From: Alphaproteobacteria bacterium
GTDB lineage: Bacteria; Pseudomonadota; Alphaproteobacteria; UBA6615
Length of the DNA: 22,247 nucleotides
Assembly: GCA_965261975.1 (NCBI GenBank)
Contig: CBDHEC010000028.1
Location: forward strand, 1 to 22,247
Reading direction: 5' to 3'
Below the pieces are notes generated by a model that worked only from the letters and a program-made list of their open reading frames with translations, did not search any database and was not told the origin of the DNA. A program made the position numbers and the translations under genes. Shown piece by piece: positions 1-7,799 of the stretch. How positions within the stretch are numbered: the stretch's first letter is position 1; every line of letters begins with the position of its first letter.

Positions 1-9
1 GCGCCCACA

Positions 10-2385
10 ATGCCACCATCAGGCTCATATGAGGGAAGTGATGCGTCTGTCCAGGCCGAAGGTTTACGCCGCATCGGCGAGGCCGTTCAGCGGATGGAAG
101 ACACGCGCTTCATCCAGGGACAGGGGCAGTATTCCGACGACATTAACCGCCCGGGCCAATGCTACTGCGCTTTCGTCCGCTCGCCAGTCGCGCACGGCGT
201 CGTCCGCGCCATCGATGTCGCGGGTGCGCTCTCGACGGATGGTGTCATCGCGGCACTGACCGGCCGCGATTATGCCGATGACGGGTGTGGACCTATTCTG
301 CATCGCGCGATTGAGGGTGACCCAGCCAACTGGCAGCAGCCCGCATTCGGTGACGAGGATCCGGTGGCCATCGAAATTCCCCAATGGCCAATGCCTTTCG
401 ACAAGGTTCGCCATGTCGGCGAACCCGTCGCCATGGTGATCGCCGAAAGCGTTGCCGCCGCAATTGAGGGTGCCGAGCGCGTCATCCCGGATATCGAGGA
501 GCTGCCCCCGGTCGTGGACGTTCACCAGGCCGCCGCAGGGAACGCAACGCAGGTTCACGAATCCGCACCGCAGAACCTGTGCGTCCACGCCTTGCGCGGC
601 GACGCCGAGGCAACCGACACCGCATTGACCGGCGCCGACACCGTAGTGCGCGGCACCTTCAATGTGCCGCGCGTCGCCGGCGGCCAGATGGAGCCGCGCT
701 CGGGGATTGGCGAATACGATGCCGCGAACGACCGGTTTACCGTCACCGCGGGCAACCAGGGCGTTCACCGCTATCGCGATATGATCGCCAGCGCGCTCAA
801 GGTGGAGAATGAAAAAGTCCAGGTCGTCTGTCCCGATGTCGGCGGCGGCTTTGGGCCTCGCGGCCACGCCAATCCCGAGTACCCCGCACTCGCCTGGGCC
901 GCGAAGCGGCTCGGTCGGCCGGTCAAATGGACGAGTGCCCGCACCGAGGCCTTCGTGAGCGACTGGCAGGGCCGCGACATGGTCCTCGAAGGCGAACTCG
1001 GTATCATGCGCGATGGCACGATCTGCGCTTACCGGCTGCGAATCCTGGCCAATATTGGCGCACACACGATCTGCTACGCCCCGGTTGCGAATGCGTCGCG
1101 CCTTGCGACCACCGTCTATGACATCGGCGCCGTCAGCCTTGATGCCCGCATCTATCTAACGAACACGCTACCGGTTCTGCCCTACCGCGCTGCCGGTCGA
1201 CCCGAGATCACCTACGCGCTTGAACGGCTGATCGACCTGGCCGCAACCGAAATCGGCATGGACCCCCGGGCACTGCGCCGACGCAACCTGATCGCGCGCG
1301 AGACAATGCCCTGCACCTCGCCGCTCGGCCTTGCTTACGAGGATTGCGCATTCGAGGAAGCCTTCGACAAGGCCGCCGAGCTGGCCGACTGGGACAATTT
1401 CACGTCGCGCCGCGCCGAAGCAAAGGCGCGCGGAAAGCTGCGCGGCATCGCGCTTGTGCCGTTCGTCGAATCTCCCGTCGGCGCGCCATTCGAATCTGCG
1501 ACGCTGGAGATCGCGCCCGACGGCAAGACGGTCATCCAGGCCGGCACCCAGAATCACGGACAAGGCCATGAGACCACGTATGCGCAAGTTGTCAGCGACC
1601 TGCTTGGCATTCCCATCGAGACGATCACCCTGGCGCCGGGAGACAGCGACGCGCTAGCGGTTGGCGGCGGCACGCACTCCGACCGTTCGATGCGCATGGT
1701 GGGTTCGCTGCTGCACCGGCTGGCGCAAGACATCGTCGCGCAGGCAAGGCCCGTCGCGGCAAAGCTGCTGCAGACGGACGAGACCGAACTGGCGTTTGCC
1801 CGCGGCACCTTTGGTGTCGACGGCACCGAACGCACGGTCGATATTCTCGAGGTTGCTGCGGCCTTTCCCGAGTTCCACGGGGACGGACGTTCGCTTGGCG
1901 GCGACGCCCAACAGAAAGGCCGCATTCCCGCATTCCCCTATGGCGCGGCAGCGGCCGAAATCGAAATCGATCCCGATACCGGCGCGCTCGCCCTTTGCAC
2001 GCTATCCGTCGCACATGATTGCGGCGTGCCGGTCAACCCGGCCATCGTGCACGGCCAGGTTCATGGCGGCCTCGTTCAGGGCGTCGGCCAGGCGATTGGC
2101 GAGCACCTGTATTACGATACCGGCTCGGGCCAACTGCTCTCCGGCTCATTCATGGACTACATGATGGCGCGGGCCGATCAGTTCACGGGTTTTCGCGTTG
2201 GCTTTGTCGCGGCGCCGACCATTGGAAACCCGCTCGGTATTCGCGCCGGCGGCGAAGGCGGCACCGTGCCGGCGCTCGCCGTCATCGGCAATGCGGTGAT
2301 GGATGCGTTAAAGGACCACGGTATCCGTCATATCGAGCTGCCGCTCACATCCGCCGCGATCTGGCAGGCGCTGCACGACGCATAA
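10..2385 (+). CDS. Xanthine dehydrogenase / CoxL-like (form II-type) molybdopterin-binding large subunit
   Basis: 791-aa ORF with family motifs IGEAVQRMED..GQGQYSDD, FVRSPVAHG, MEPR, PDVGGGFG, GQGHETTYAQ, VNPAIVHGQVHGGLVQGVGQA, GSFMDY, GEGG. Active-site loop is PYRAAGRPE, not the form I CODH AYRCSFR. Start is near the window edge and uncertain. Confidence 0.9.
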   Translation: MPPSGSYEGSDASVQAEGLRRIGEAVQRMEDTRFIQGQGQYSDDINRPGQCYCAFVRSPVAHGVVRAIDVAGALSTDGVIAALTGRDYADDGCGPILHRAIEGDPANWQQPAFGDEDPVAIEIPQWPMPFDKVRHVGEPVAMVIAESVAAAIEGAERVIPDIEELPPVVDVHQAAAGNATQVHESAPQNLCVHALRGDAEATDTALTGADTVVRGTFNVPRVAGGQMEPRSGIGEYDAANDRFTVTAGNQGVHRYRDMIASALKVENEKVQVVCPDVGGGFGPRGHANPEYPALAWAAKRLGRPVKWTSARTEAFVSDWQGRDMVLEGELGIMRDGTICAYRLRILANIGAHTICYAPVANASRLATTVYDIGAVSLDARIYLTNTLPVLPYRAAGRPEITYALERLIDLAATEIGMDPRALRRRNLIARETMPCTSPLGLAYEDCAFEEAFDKAAELADWDNFTSRRAEAKARGKLRGIALVPFVESPVGAPFESATLEIAPDGKTVIQAGTQNHGQGHETTYAQVVSDLLGIPIETITLAPGDSDALAVGGGTHSDRSMRMVGSLLHRLAQDIVAQARPVAAKLLQTDETELAFARGTFGVDGTERTVDILEVAAAFPEFHGDGRSLGGDAQQKGRIPAFPYGAAAAEIEIDPDTGALALCTLSVAHDCGVPVNPAIVHGQVHGGLVQGVGQAIGEHLYYDTGSGQLLSGSFMDYMMARADQFTGFRVGFVAAPTIGNPLGIRAGGEGGTVPALAVIGNAVMDALKDHGIRHIELPLTSAAIWQALHDA

Positions 2386-2402
2386 AACGTACTGCCACGC
2401 GA

Positions 2403-3128
2403 TTACCGCGAGGCCATCACCGCCGACATCAGGTTTGCGCCGAAGCGAGACGCGGCGGCCCGGTCCATGTCGAGCGCGTTGTTCAGATATTCCTTGATCA
2501 TGCGCAACGCTTCCATCGAATTGCCCGACAGCGTGTCCGTCAGTGCATCGACCTCGGCGTCGAGTGCGTCCGCGGGGACGATCTTGCTGACGATGCCGAA
2601 TTCACGCGCCGTTGCCGCGTCGACCTCGTCGCGTGACCAGATCAGGTATCCGATCGCCTTGCGTGGCACACGGTCGCGGAACGCGGTCATGACCAGTGCA
2701 GGCGGGATATCGCGATTCATCTCGGGCACGCGAAAACGCGCCGTATCGGCCGCGATGGTGATATCGCACAACGCCGCGAGCGCGCAGCCCATACCATCGG
2801 CAAGGCCCTGTATGGCGCCGATGATCGGGATCGGCGTGCGCAGGAAACTGTCATAGAAGTCGAGCGCCGGTTCGGCGTTGGTCGCGCGCACGTCGAGTGC
2901 TGTTTCCGCATCGCGGCCCACGGCAATGCCCGCCGAATCACGGCCGAGACAAAAATCGCTGCCGTTGGCACGCAGAACAATGGCCTTGGTGCCATCCTCC
3001 GATGCGGCGGCGAACAGGCGCGAAATCTCGCCACCCATTTCGGTCGAGACGATGTTGCCTTCATCGGGACGGTTCAACGTCACGGTTGTCACGTCTGCAA
3101 TACGAGATACGAGGACTTTGTCTGTCAT
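2403..3128 (-). CDS. Enoyl-CoA hydratase/isomerase (crotonase) family protein
   Basis: Motifs VTLNRPD, DFCLGRD, PIPIIGAIQGLADGMGCALAALCDITIAADTARFRVPE, DAATAREFGIVSKIVP. Confidence 0.9.
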   Translation of the reverse strand: MTDKVLVSRIADVTTVTLNRPDEGNIVSTEMGGEISRLFAAASEDGTKAIVLRANGSDFCLGRDSAGIAVGRDAETALDVRATNAEPALDFYDSFLRTPIPIIGAIQGLADGMGCALAALCDITIAADTARFRVPEMNRDIPPALVMTAFRDRVPRKAIGYLIWSRDEVDAATAREFGIVSKIVPADALDAEVDALTDTLSGNSMEALRMIKEYLNNALDMDRAAASRFGANLMSAVMASR

Positions 3129-3154
3129 TGTCGTTCAACGATCTTTTGCGAGTT

Positions 3155-3173
3155 TGGCGGAAGGAGAGAGATT
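3155..3173 (+). repeat. Degenerate direct repeat of the tRNA-Ser 3' end (putative att-site remnant)
   Basis: tggcggaaggagagagatt (3155-3173) versus tggcggagggagagggatt (6791-6809): 17/19 identical, same orientation, and starting exactly at the CCA end of the tRNA. Confidence 0.65.
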
Positions 3174-3315
3174 TACCCGTTACCCGATTTTTGCACGGCG
3201 ACTATCAAAGTCCACCTTTGAATATTGTCGAAGGCCGAGATCGAGGCCGTCGTGGACTCAAAATGATGCGCTACATACACTCCATGCAGATTGGGTTCAG
3301 GGGTGTATTTTCCAA

Positions 3316-5106
3316 ATGTCCAAAGGTCGTACTCAACGCAGGTTGGCCGCGATTCTCCCCGCTGATGTGGTCGACTACAGTCGTCTCATGGGCGCCGACG
3401 AGACCGGCACGCTTACGGCGCTCAAACGCGTTCGCAAGGACCTGATAGACCCCGCTGTCGCCAACCACCATGGTCGCATCGTCAAGTTGATGGGCGACGG
3501 CATTCTCGCCGAGTTCGCCAGTGTTGTTGACGCGGTCGAATGCGCCAGCGTGATTCAGAAAACCATCGGAGACGAAAACCCGGATGAATCCAACGCCAGC
3601 AGGATCGTGTTCCGCATCGGAATCAATCTGGGCGATGTCATCATCGACGGTGACGACATTTATGGTGACGGGGTAAATATTGCTGCGCGCCTGGAGGCCC
3701 TCGCTGCCCCGGGGGGCATCTGTGTATCCGAGAACGCCTATGAACAAGTCCGCGACAAGCTCGACCTCCACTTTGAGGATCTCGGCCCGCAAGCGCTCAA
3801 GAACATCAGCCGGCCTGTCCAGACCTACAGCGTCAGAACCCGAAAGGACGTCGCGGATGTCGGCGATGTCCAGCCTGTCCTGACGCAGCCAACACTGCCG
3901 ACTTTGCCCGACAAACCGTCCATCGCGGTCCTGCCGTTCGACAACATGTCCGGAGATCCGGAACAGGAGTATTTTTCTGACGGCCTGAGCGAAGACATCA
4001 TCACAGCATTGTCTCAGCTCGATCAGCTGTTCGTCATCTCACGGAATTCCAGCTTCACGTATAAGAACGAGGCCGTGGATGTCCGCAAAGTGGCAACCGA
4101 ACTCGGCGTCCGGTACGTGTTGGAGGGAAGCGTCCGAAAGTCGGGAGACCGCCTGCGGATCACAGGCCAGCTGATCGACGGCGCAAATGGCGCGCATCTG
4201 TGGGCCAATCGCTTCGACGGGCTCACTGAGGATATCTTTGATCTGCAAGACCAGATTACGGAACGGGTGATCGGCGCCATCGAGCCGACACTGCGGAAGG
4301 CAGAGATCGAGCGATCAAGGCGGACCCGACCGGAGAACCTCGTCGCTTACGACTACTTCCTGCGGGCACTGCCCCATCTCTATGCCATGCAGCCGGATGA
4401 CAATGTCGAGGCCCTGGCCTTCCTGCACAAGGCGATCGATCTCGAACCCAACTTTGCCCCCGCGCTCGCCTATGCCGCCTGGTGTTACGAGCAGCGCCTG
4501 ACGCGAGAGTGGCCGACCGCCGAGGCCACCGATGCAAGCTCCTGTATCTCCCTGGCCCGTCGGGCGATCGCTACCGGCAGTGACGATGCACATACAATCG
4601 CGGCCGCCGGGTTCGTACTAATGATGGTCGGACGGGACCATGATGCCGGCCTGAGCGCCGCGGAGCGAGCGGGCGCCCTGAACCCCAATACGGCAACAAT
4701 CTCCCTGTTCGCCGGAATGGTGTTCAACTTCTCGGGCCGGCCCGAGGCCGCACGTCCATGCTTCGAACGGGCGCTGCGTCTGAGCCCGGAAGACCCTACT
4801 GCATTCATGCATCTGCTCGGCCTGGCGATTGCCGATCTGCTGTCGGGAAATGCCGAAGGAGCGGCCGAGTTTGCGCGCAAATCGGTCGCACAGAACCCGC
4901 AGTGGGATTTCAACCTGTTCATCCTGGCCACAGCACTCGCCGAGCTGGATCTTGCCGCAGAGTCACGCGCAGCCGTCGAGACCCTTCGTTCATTCACCCC
5001 CAACGCAACGGTCGCACTGTATCGCAAGCACCTGCCGTTCAAGGAACGCGCCAGTATCGAGCGCATCCTCAGCGCATTAAGTGCGGGCGGGCTGCCCGAA
5101 GCGTGA
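3316..5106 (+). CDS. Class III adenylate/guanylate cyclase with TolB-like and TPR domains
   Basis: From ATG 3316: RRLAAILPADVVDYSRLM, GRIVKLMGDG, FRIGINLGDV, DIYGDGVNIAARLE (metal-binding Asp pair, Lys, Asn and Arg present); then LPDKPSIAVLPFDNMSGDPEQEYFSDGLSEDIIT (TolB-like) and TPR-like helices. The ORF-track start at 2878 overlaps the crotonase and is rejected. Confidence 0.9.
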   Translation: MSKGRTQRRLAAILPADVVDYSRLMGADETGTLTALKRVRKDLIDPAVANHHGRIVKLMGDGILAEFASVVDAVECASVIQKTIGDENPDESNASRIVFRIGINLGDVIIDGDDIYGDGVNIAARLEALAAPGGICVSENAYEQVRDKLDLHFEDLGPQALKNISRPVQTYSVRTRKDVADVGDVQPVLTQPTLPTLPDKPSIAVLPFDNMSGDPEQEYFSDGLSEDIITALSQLDQLFVISRNSSFTYKNEAVDVRKVATELGVRYVLEGSVRKSGDRLRITGQLIDGANGAHLWANRFDGLTEDIFDLQDQITERVIGAIEPTLRKAEIERSRRTRPENLVAYDYFLRALPHLYAMQPDDNVEALAFLHKAIDLEPNFAPALAYAAWCYEQRLTREWPTAEATDASSCISLARRAIATGSDDAHTIAAAGFVLMMVGRDHDAGLSAAERAGALNPNTATISLFAGMVFNFSGRPEAARPCFERALRLSPEDPTAFMHLLGLAIADLLSGNAEGAAEFARKSVAQNPQWDFNLFILATALAELDLAAESRAAVETLRSFTPNATVALYRKHLPFKERASIERILSALSAGGLPEA

Positions 5107-5237
5107 TCGCCCGACGGGACCGCAGACACATCGTGCACCCAATCGAGCGAACCATGTTCTGCACGGGTGTCGGCTAACATGGACATTTTCGACAAAAACC
5201 CCATCTACTTGAGGTTAGGTCACCGGTATCCCAAATC

Positions 5238-6728
5238 ATGAACAATCTGAGCCCCAGCCTTCCCAAGTTCGCATTCGACAACAGCTTCTCGCGCAGTCTC
5301 GAAGGCTGTTATGTGGAATGCAACGCGGCACCGGCCCAAGCACCAAAACTTCTGCAACTGAACCACGCGCTGGCAGAAGATCTCGGGCTGGATCCTGCTG
5401 TCCTGAACACCGACGCGGGGACGAGTATTTTCTCCGGAAATGTCGCCCCGGATGGCGCAGCACCACTGGCACAGGCCTATGCCGGCCACCAGTTCGGTGG
5501 GTTCAGCCCGCAGCTGGGTGATGGTCGCGCGCTTTTGCTCGGCGAAGTTATCGACGTCCACGGGAAGCGGCGCGACATCCAGCTCAAGGGCTCAGGCCGC
5601 ACGCCCTTCTCGCGCAGCGGGGACGGGAAATCGGCGCTCGGCCCCGTCTTGCGTGAATATCTGATCGGTGAAGCGATGCACGCGCTTGGTGTGCCCACCA
5701 CCCGGGCGCTGGCCGCCGTCAGCACCGGCGAGACGGTACAGCGCGAAACGCCCCTGCCTGGCGGGATTCTGACACGCGTGGCCGCAAGTCATATCCGCGT
5801 GGGCAGCTTGCAGTTTTTCGCCGCACGCGGTGATGAAGAGAAGGTGCGCCAGCTCGCCGATTACGCCATCGCCCGCCATCATCCAGATGCCGCAGACGCG
5901 GAGAACCGTTATCTGGCTTTCCTTGAAGCCGTCATCGAGGCACAAGCCGCTTTGGTCGCCAAATGGATGAGCATCGGCTTCATCCACGGTGTGATGAACA
6001 CCGACAACACAACCATTTCGGGCGAAACCATAGATTACGGCCCATGCGCCTTCATGGACAGCTACGCACCGGAGACGGTCTTCAGTTCCATTGATACCCA
6101 AGGCCGCTACGCCTATGGCAACCAGCCTGACATTCTGGGCTGGAACCTTGCGCGCCTGGCAGAAACCCTGATTCCGCTGATCGATCCCGACAAGGACCGC
6201 GCGATCAAGATTTTGACCGACGTGATCAACACCATTCCCGCGCGCTATGACGCGTACTGGACGGCGGCAATGCGCCGGAAAATTGGCCTGACCACGGCGC
6301 AGGCTGCGGATGGAGAACTGATCGGTGGCCTTTTGACAGCGATGCATCAAGGCAGTGCCGACTTCACTTTGGTTTTTCGTCACTTGGCAACAGCATTACG
6401 TGGCAATGCGATCCCTCTGCAGGGCCAGTTCACCGAGCTTTCCTCGATCAACGCTTGGCTGGAAAACTGGCGTGCGCGGCTGTCGGAAGAAGATGTCGAA
6501 GCAGCGGCACGCGCAGATGCGATGGACCGGATCAATCCAATCTATATCCCGCGCAATCACAAGGTCGAAGAGGCCCTAAGCGCTGCCGTCGAGCGCGAGG
6601 ACATGTCCCCCTTCGAAGCGCTTCTCGCTGCCGTGATCCATCCCTTCGATGTGATTGAAGGTCAAGAGAACTACGCCGAACCCGGTGCGCAAACGACCAC
6701 GCCCTACCAGACTTTCTGTGGCACCTGA
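5238..6728 (+). CDS. selO: Protein adenylyltransferase SelO (YdiU/UPF0061 family)
   Basis: AQAYAGHQFGGFSPQLGDGRA, DIQLKGSGRTPFSRSGDG, REYLIGEAMHALGVPTTRAL, GFIHGVMNTDN, IDYGP, NPIYIPRNH, C-terminal TFCGT. Confidence 0.95.
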   Translation: MNNLSPSLPKFAFDNSFSRSLEGCYVECNAAPAQAPKLLQLNHALAEDLGLDPAVLNTDAGTSIFSGNVAPDGAAPLAQAYAGHQFGGFSPQLGDGRALLLGEVIDVHGKRRDIQLKGSGRTPFSRSGDGKSALGPVLREYLIGEAMHALGVPTTRALAAVSTGETVQRETPLPGGILTRVAASHIRVGSLQFFAARGDEEKVRQLADYAIARHHPDAADAENRYLAFLEAVIEAQAALVAKWMSIGFIHGVMNTDNTTISGETIDYGPCAFMDSYAPETVFSSIDTQGRYAYGNQPDILGWNLARLAETLIPLIDPDKDRAIKILTDVINTIPARYDAYWTAAMRRKIGLTTAQAADGELIGGLLTAMHQGSADFTLVFRHLATALRGNAIPLQGQFTELSSINAWLENWRARLSEEDVEAAARADAMDRINPIYIPRNHKVEEALSAAVEREDMSPFEALLAAVIHPFDVIEGQENYAEPGAQTTTPYQTFCGT

Positions 6729-6790
6729 CCTGGCGTCCAGACCGCAAGAGCGGCTGGTCGAAGGTTCGAACTTCGAATGTTGGAGATTAG

Positions 6791-6882
6791 TGGCGGAGGG
6801 AGAGGGATTCGAACCCTCGATACGGGGTTACCCGTATAACGATTTAGCAAACCGTCGCCTTCAGCCACTCGGCCACCCCTCC
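6791..6882 (-). tRNA. tRNA-Ser (anticodon GCT), long variable arm, CCA encoded
   Basis: Minus strand GGAGGGGTGGCCGAGTGGCTGAAGGCGACGGTTTGCTAAATCGTTATACGGGTAACCCCGTATCGAGGGTTCGAATCCCTCTCCCTCCGCCA. Acceptor stem GGAGGGG/TCCCTCC, anticodon loop TT-GCT-AA, T-loop GGTTCGAATCC; 92 nt. Confidence 0.97.
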
Positions 6883-6918
6883 GCACGAGAGTGGGTCTTC
6901 ACGACGTATGCGGGTTGG

Positions 6919-6947
6919 GTTGTGCCAAGCCCGTCCGCGCCTGTCAA
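6919..6947 (-). promoter_or_regulatory. Likely housekeeping sigma70 promoter of tRNA-Ser
   Basis: Minus strand TTGACA (6947-6942), 17-bp spacer, then CACAAC (weak -10), ending about 36 nt upstream of the tRNA 5' end. Confidence 0.5.
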
Positions 6948-6994
6948 TCCGGCTGCGACGGGGCGGGATGCGAACGGTCGGGCCGCGAGGCGGT

Positions 6995-7390
6995 CTAGAC
7001 GGCGCTCCAGCGCTGGTAGGCGTCTTTCATCGCCTCGAGCGATGTCTCCATGGCCGCGGATTCCGTGCCTGGCTTGTCGCAGGCGGTGCGATAATCATTG
7101 CGCGCCTCGACGAACTCGATCCACAGATCGGCCTGACAGAGTGCGATGGCGCCGTCACGACGCTGCCCCTTGCCGTCCGGCACCGTGTCGTCGAGCCGCG
7201 CGAGGACTTCGCGAATACCCGAGGCGATCTCGATCTCGCCCATGGCATAGGCGTGATTGAAAGCCGCGAGAATCTTGTCGCTCAGACGTCGGTTGTAGCG
7301 GGGGATACCCGTGTCCGATGCGATCGCGGCGACATTGCCGGCGGTACTGGCAGTTTCGCGTTCGACATCCAGTTCGGTGGAGGTGGCCAT
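6995..7390 (-). CDS. Hypothetical helical protein (RRLSDKILAAFNHA motif)
   Basis: GGGAG RBS upstream of ATG 7390; coding-like composition. The RRLSDKIL..F..A motif resembles uncharacterised Rhodospirillales proteins (from memory, unverified). Confidence 0.7.
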   Translation of the reverse strand: MATSTELDVERETASTAGNVAAIASDTGIPRYNRRLSDKILAAFNHAYAMGEIEIASGIREVLARLDDTVPDGKGQRRDGAIALCQADLWIEFVEARNDYRTACDKPGTESAAMETSLEAMKDAYQRWSAV

Positions 7391-7471
7391 AGTCGGCACT
7401 CCCGGGTTGTACAACATGGTGGTGTCACAACGGTGACGGATCGGGAAAGCCTATGCAGACAGCGTTGCCGA

Positions 7472-7490
7472 ATGGTTAATGCCCGATGAA
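7472..7490 (-). promoter_or_regulatory. CtrA-like binding site
   Basis: Minus strand TTCA-N7-TTAACCAT: one mismatch to TTAA-N7-TTAAC, and it contains the TTAACCAT 8-mer. It lies in an AT-rich divergent intergenic region. Confidence 0.45.
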
Positions 7491-7573
7491 ATACGCCAGC
7501 GCCCAACTTCACCAAATTTAAATCAAATGCGCCCTATCGTATTCACCGTAACCGCAAACCAAGGAGTTGGGTT

Positions 7574-7780
7574 ATGGCAAGTCTGACCAAAAGATCCGTC
7601 GAAACGCTGATCGATCTCGTGGAAATCAAATTGTCCTGCATTCAGGTATTCGACCGGGATGATGCCAAGGAGCTGGCAGCGCTCGAACAGGCGCGGCGCG
7701 AACTCGTGGCGCTGGTACCGGGCCGCGCGGGCACGGTCGTTCCGTTCCCGGAAGCCGAAGCGCAGCGCGTCGCCGGCTAA
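7574..7780 (+). CDS. Small hypothetical protein (68 aa)
   Basis: Strong AAGGAG RBS at 7561-7566. Sequence MASLTKRSVETLIDLVEIKLSCIQVFDRDDAKELAALEQARREL looks like a helical hairpin. Confidence 0.75.
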   Translation: MASLTKRSVETLIDLVEIKLSCIQVFDRDDAKELAALEQARRELVALVPGRAGTVVPFPEAEAQRVAG

Positions 7781-7799
7781 CGGATTTTCCTAGTGCCGA

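Larger units (their letters stand above)
3155..6809. mobile_element. Putative tRNA-Ser-anchored genomic islet remnant (adenylate cyclase + SelO, no integrase)
   Basis: Bounded by the tRNA-Ser 3' end and a degenerate copy of it. No integrase ORF is seen inside. Mobility is inferred, not shown. Confidence 0.45.

Noticed and set aside
10-2385. Call as aerobic CO dehydrogenase coxL
   Set aside because: It lacks the form I AYRCSFR Cu-binding cysteine motif.
2878-3315. N-terminal extension of the 742-aa cyclase ORF
   Set aside because: It overlaps the antisense crotonase gene and the att-like repeat; cyclase homology starts at MSKGRTQRRLAAIL (3316).
6726-6757. TGA of selO followed by a hairpin (ccag-a-ccgc-aaga-gcgg-ctgg) as possible selenocysteine readthrough/SECIS
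   Set aside because: TFCGT is a normal bacterial SelO C-terminus with Cys already at the redox position, and readthrough would run antisense into the tRNA. The hairpin is more likely a terminator or processing structure.
6655-7260. ORFs 6655-7260 (+) and 6704-6886 (-)
   Set aside because: These are translations across the tRNA-Ser gene; the peptide AEGEGFEPS is a typical tRNA shadow.
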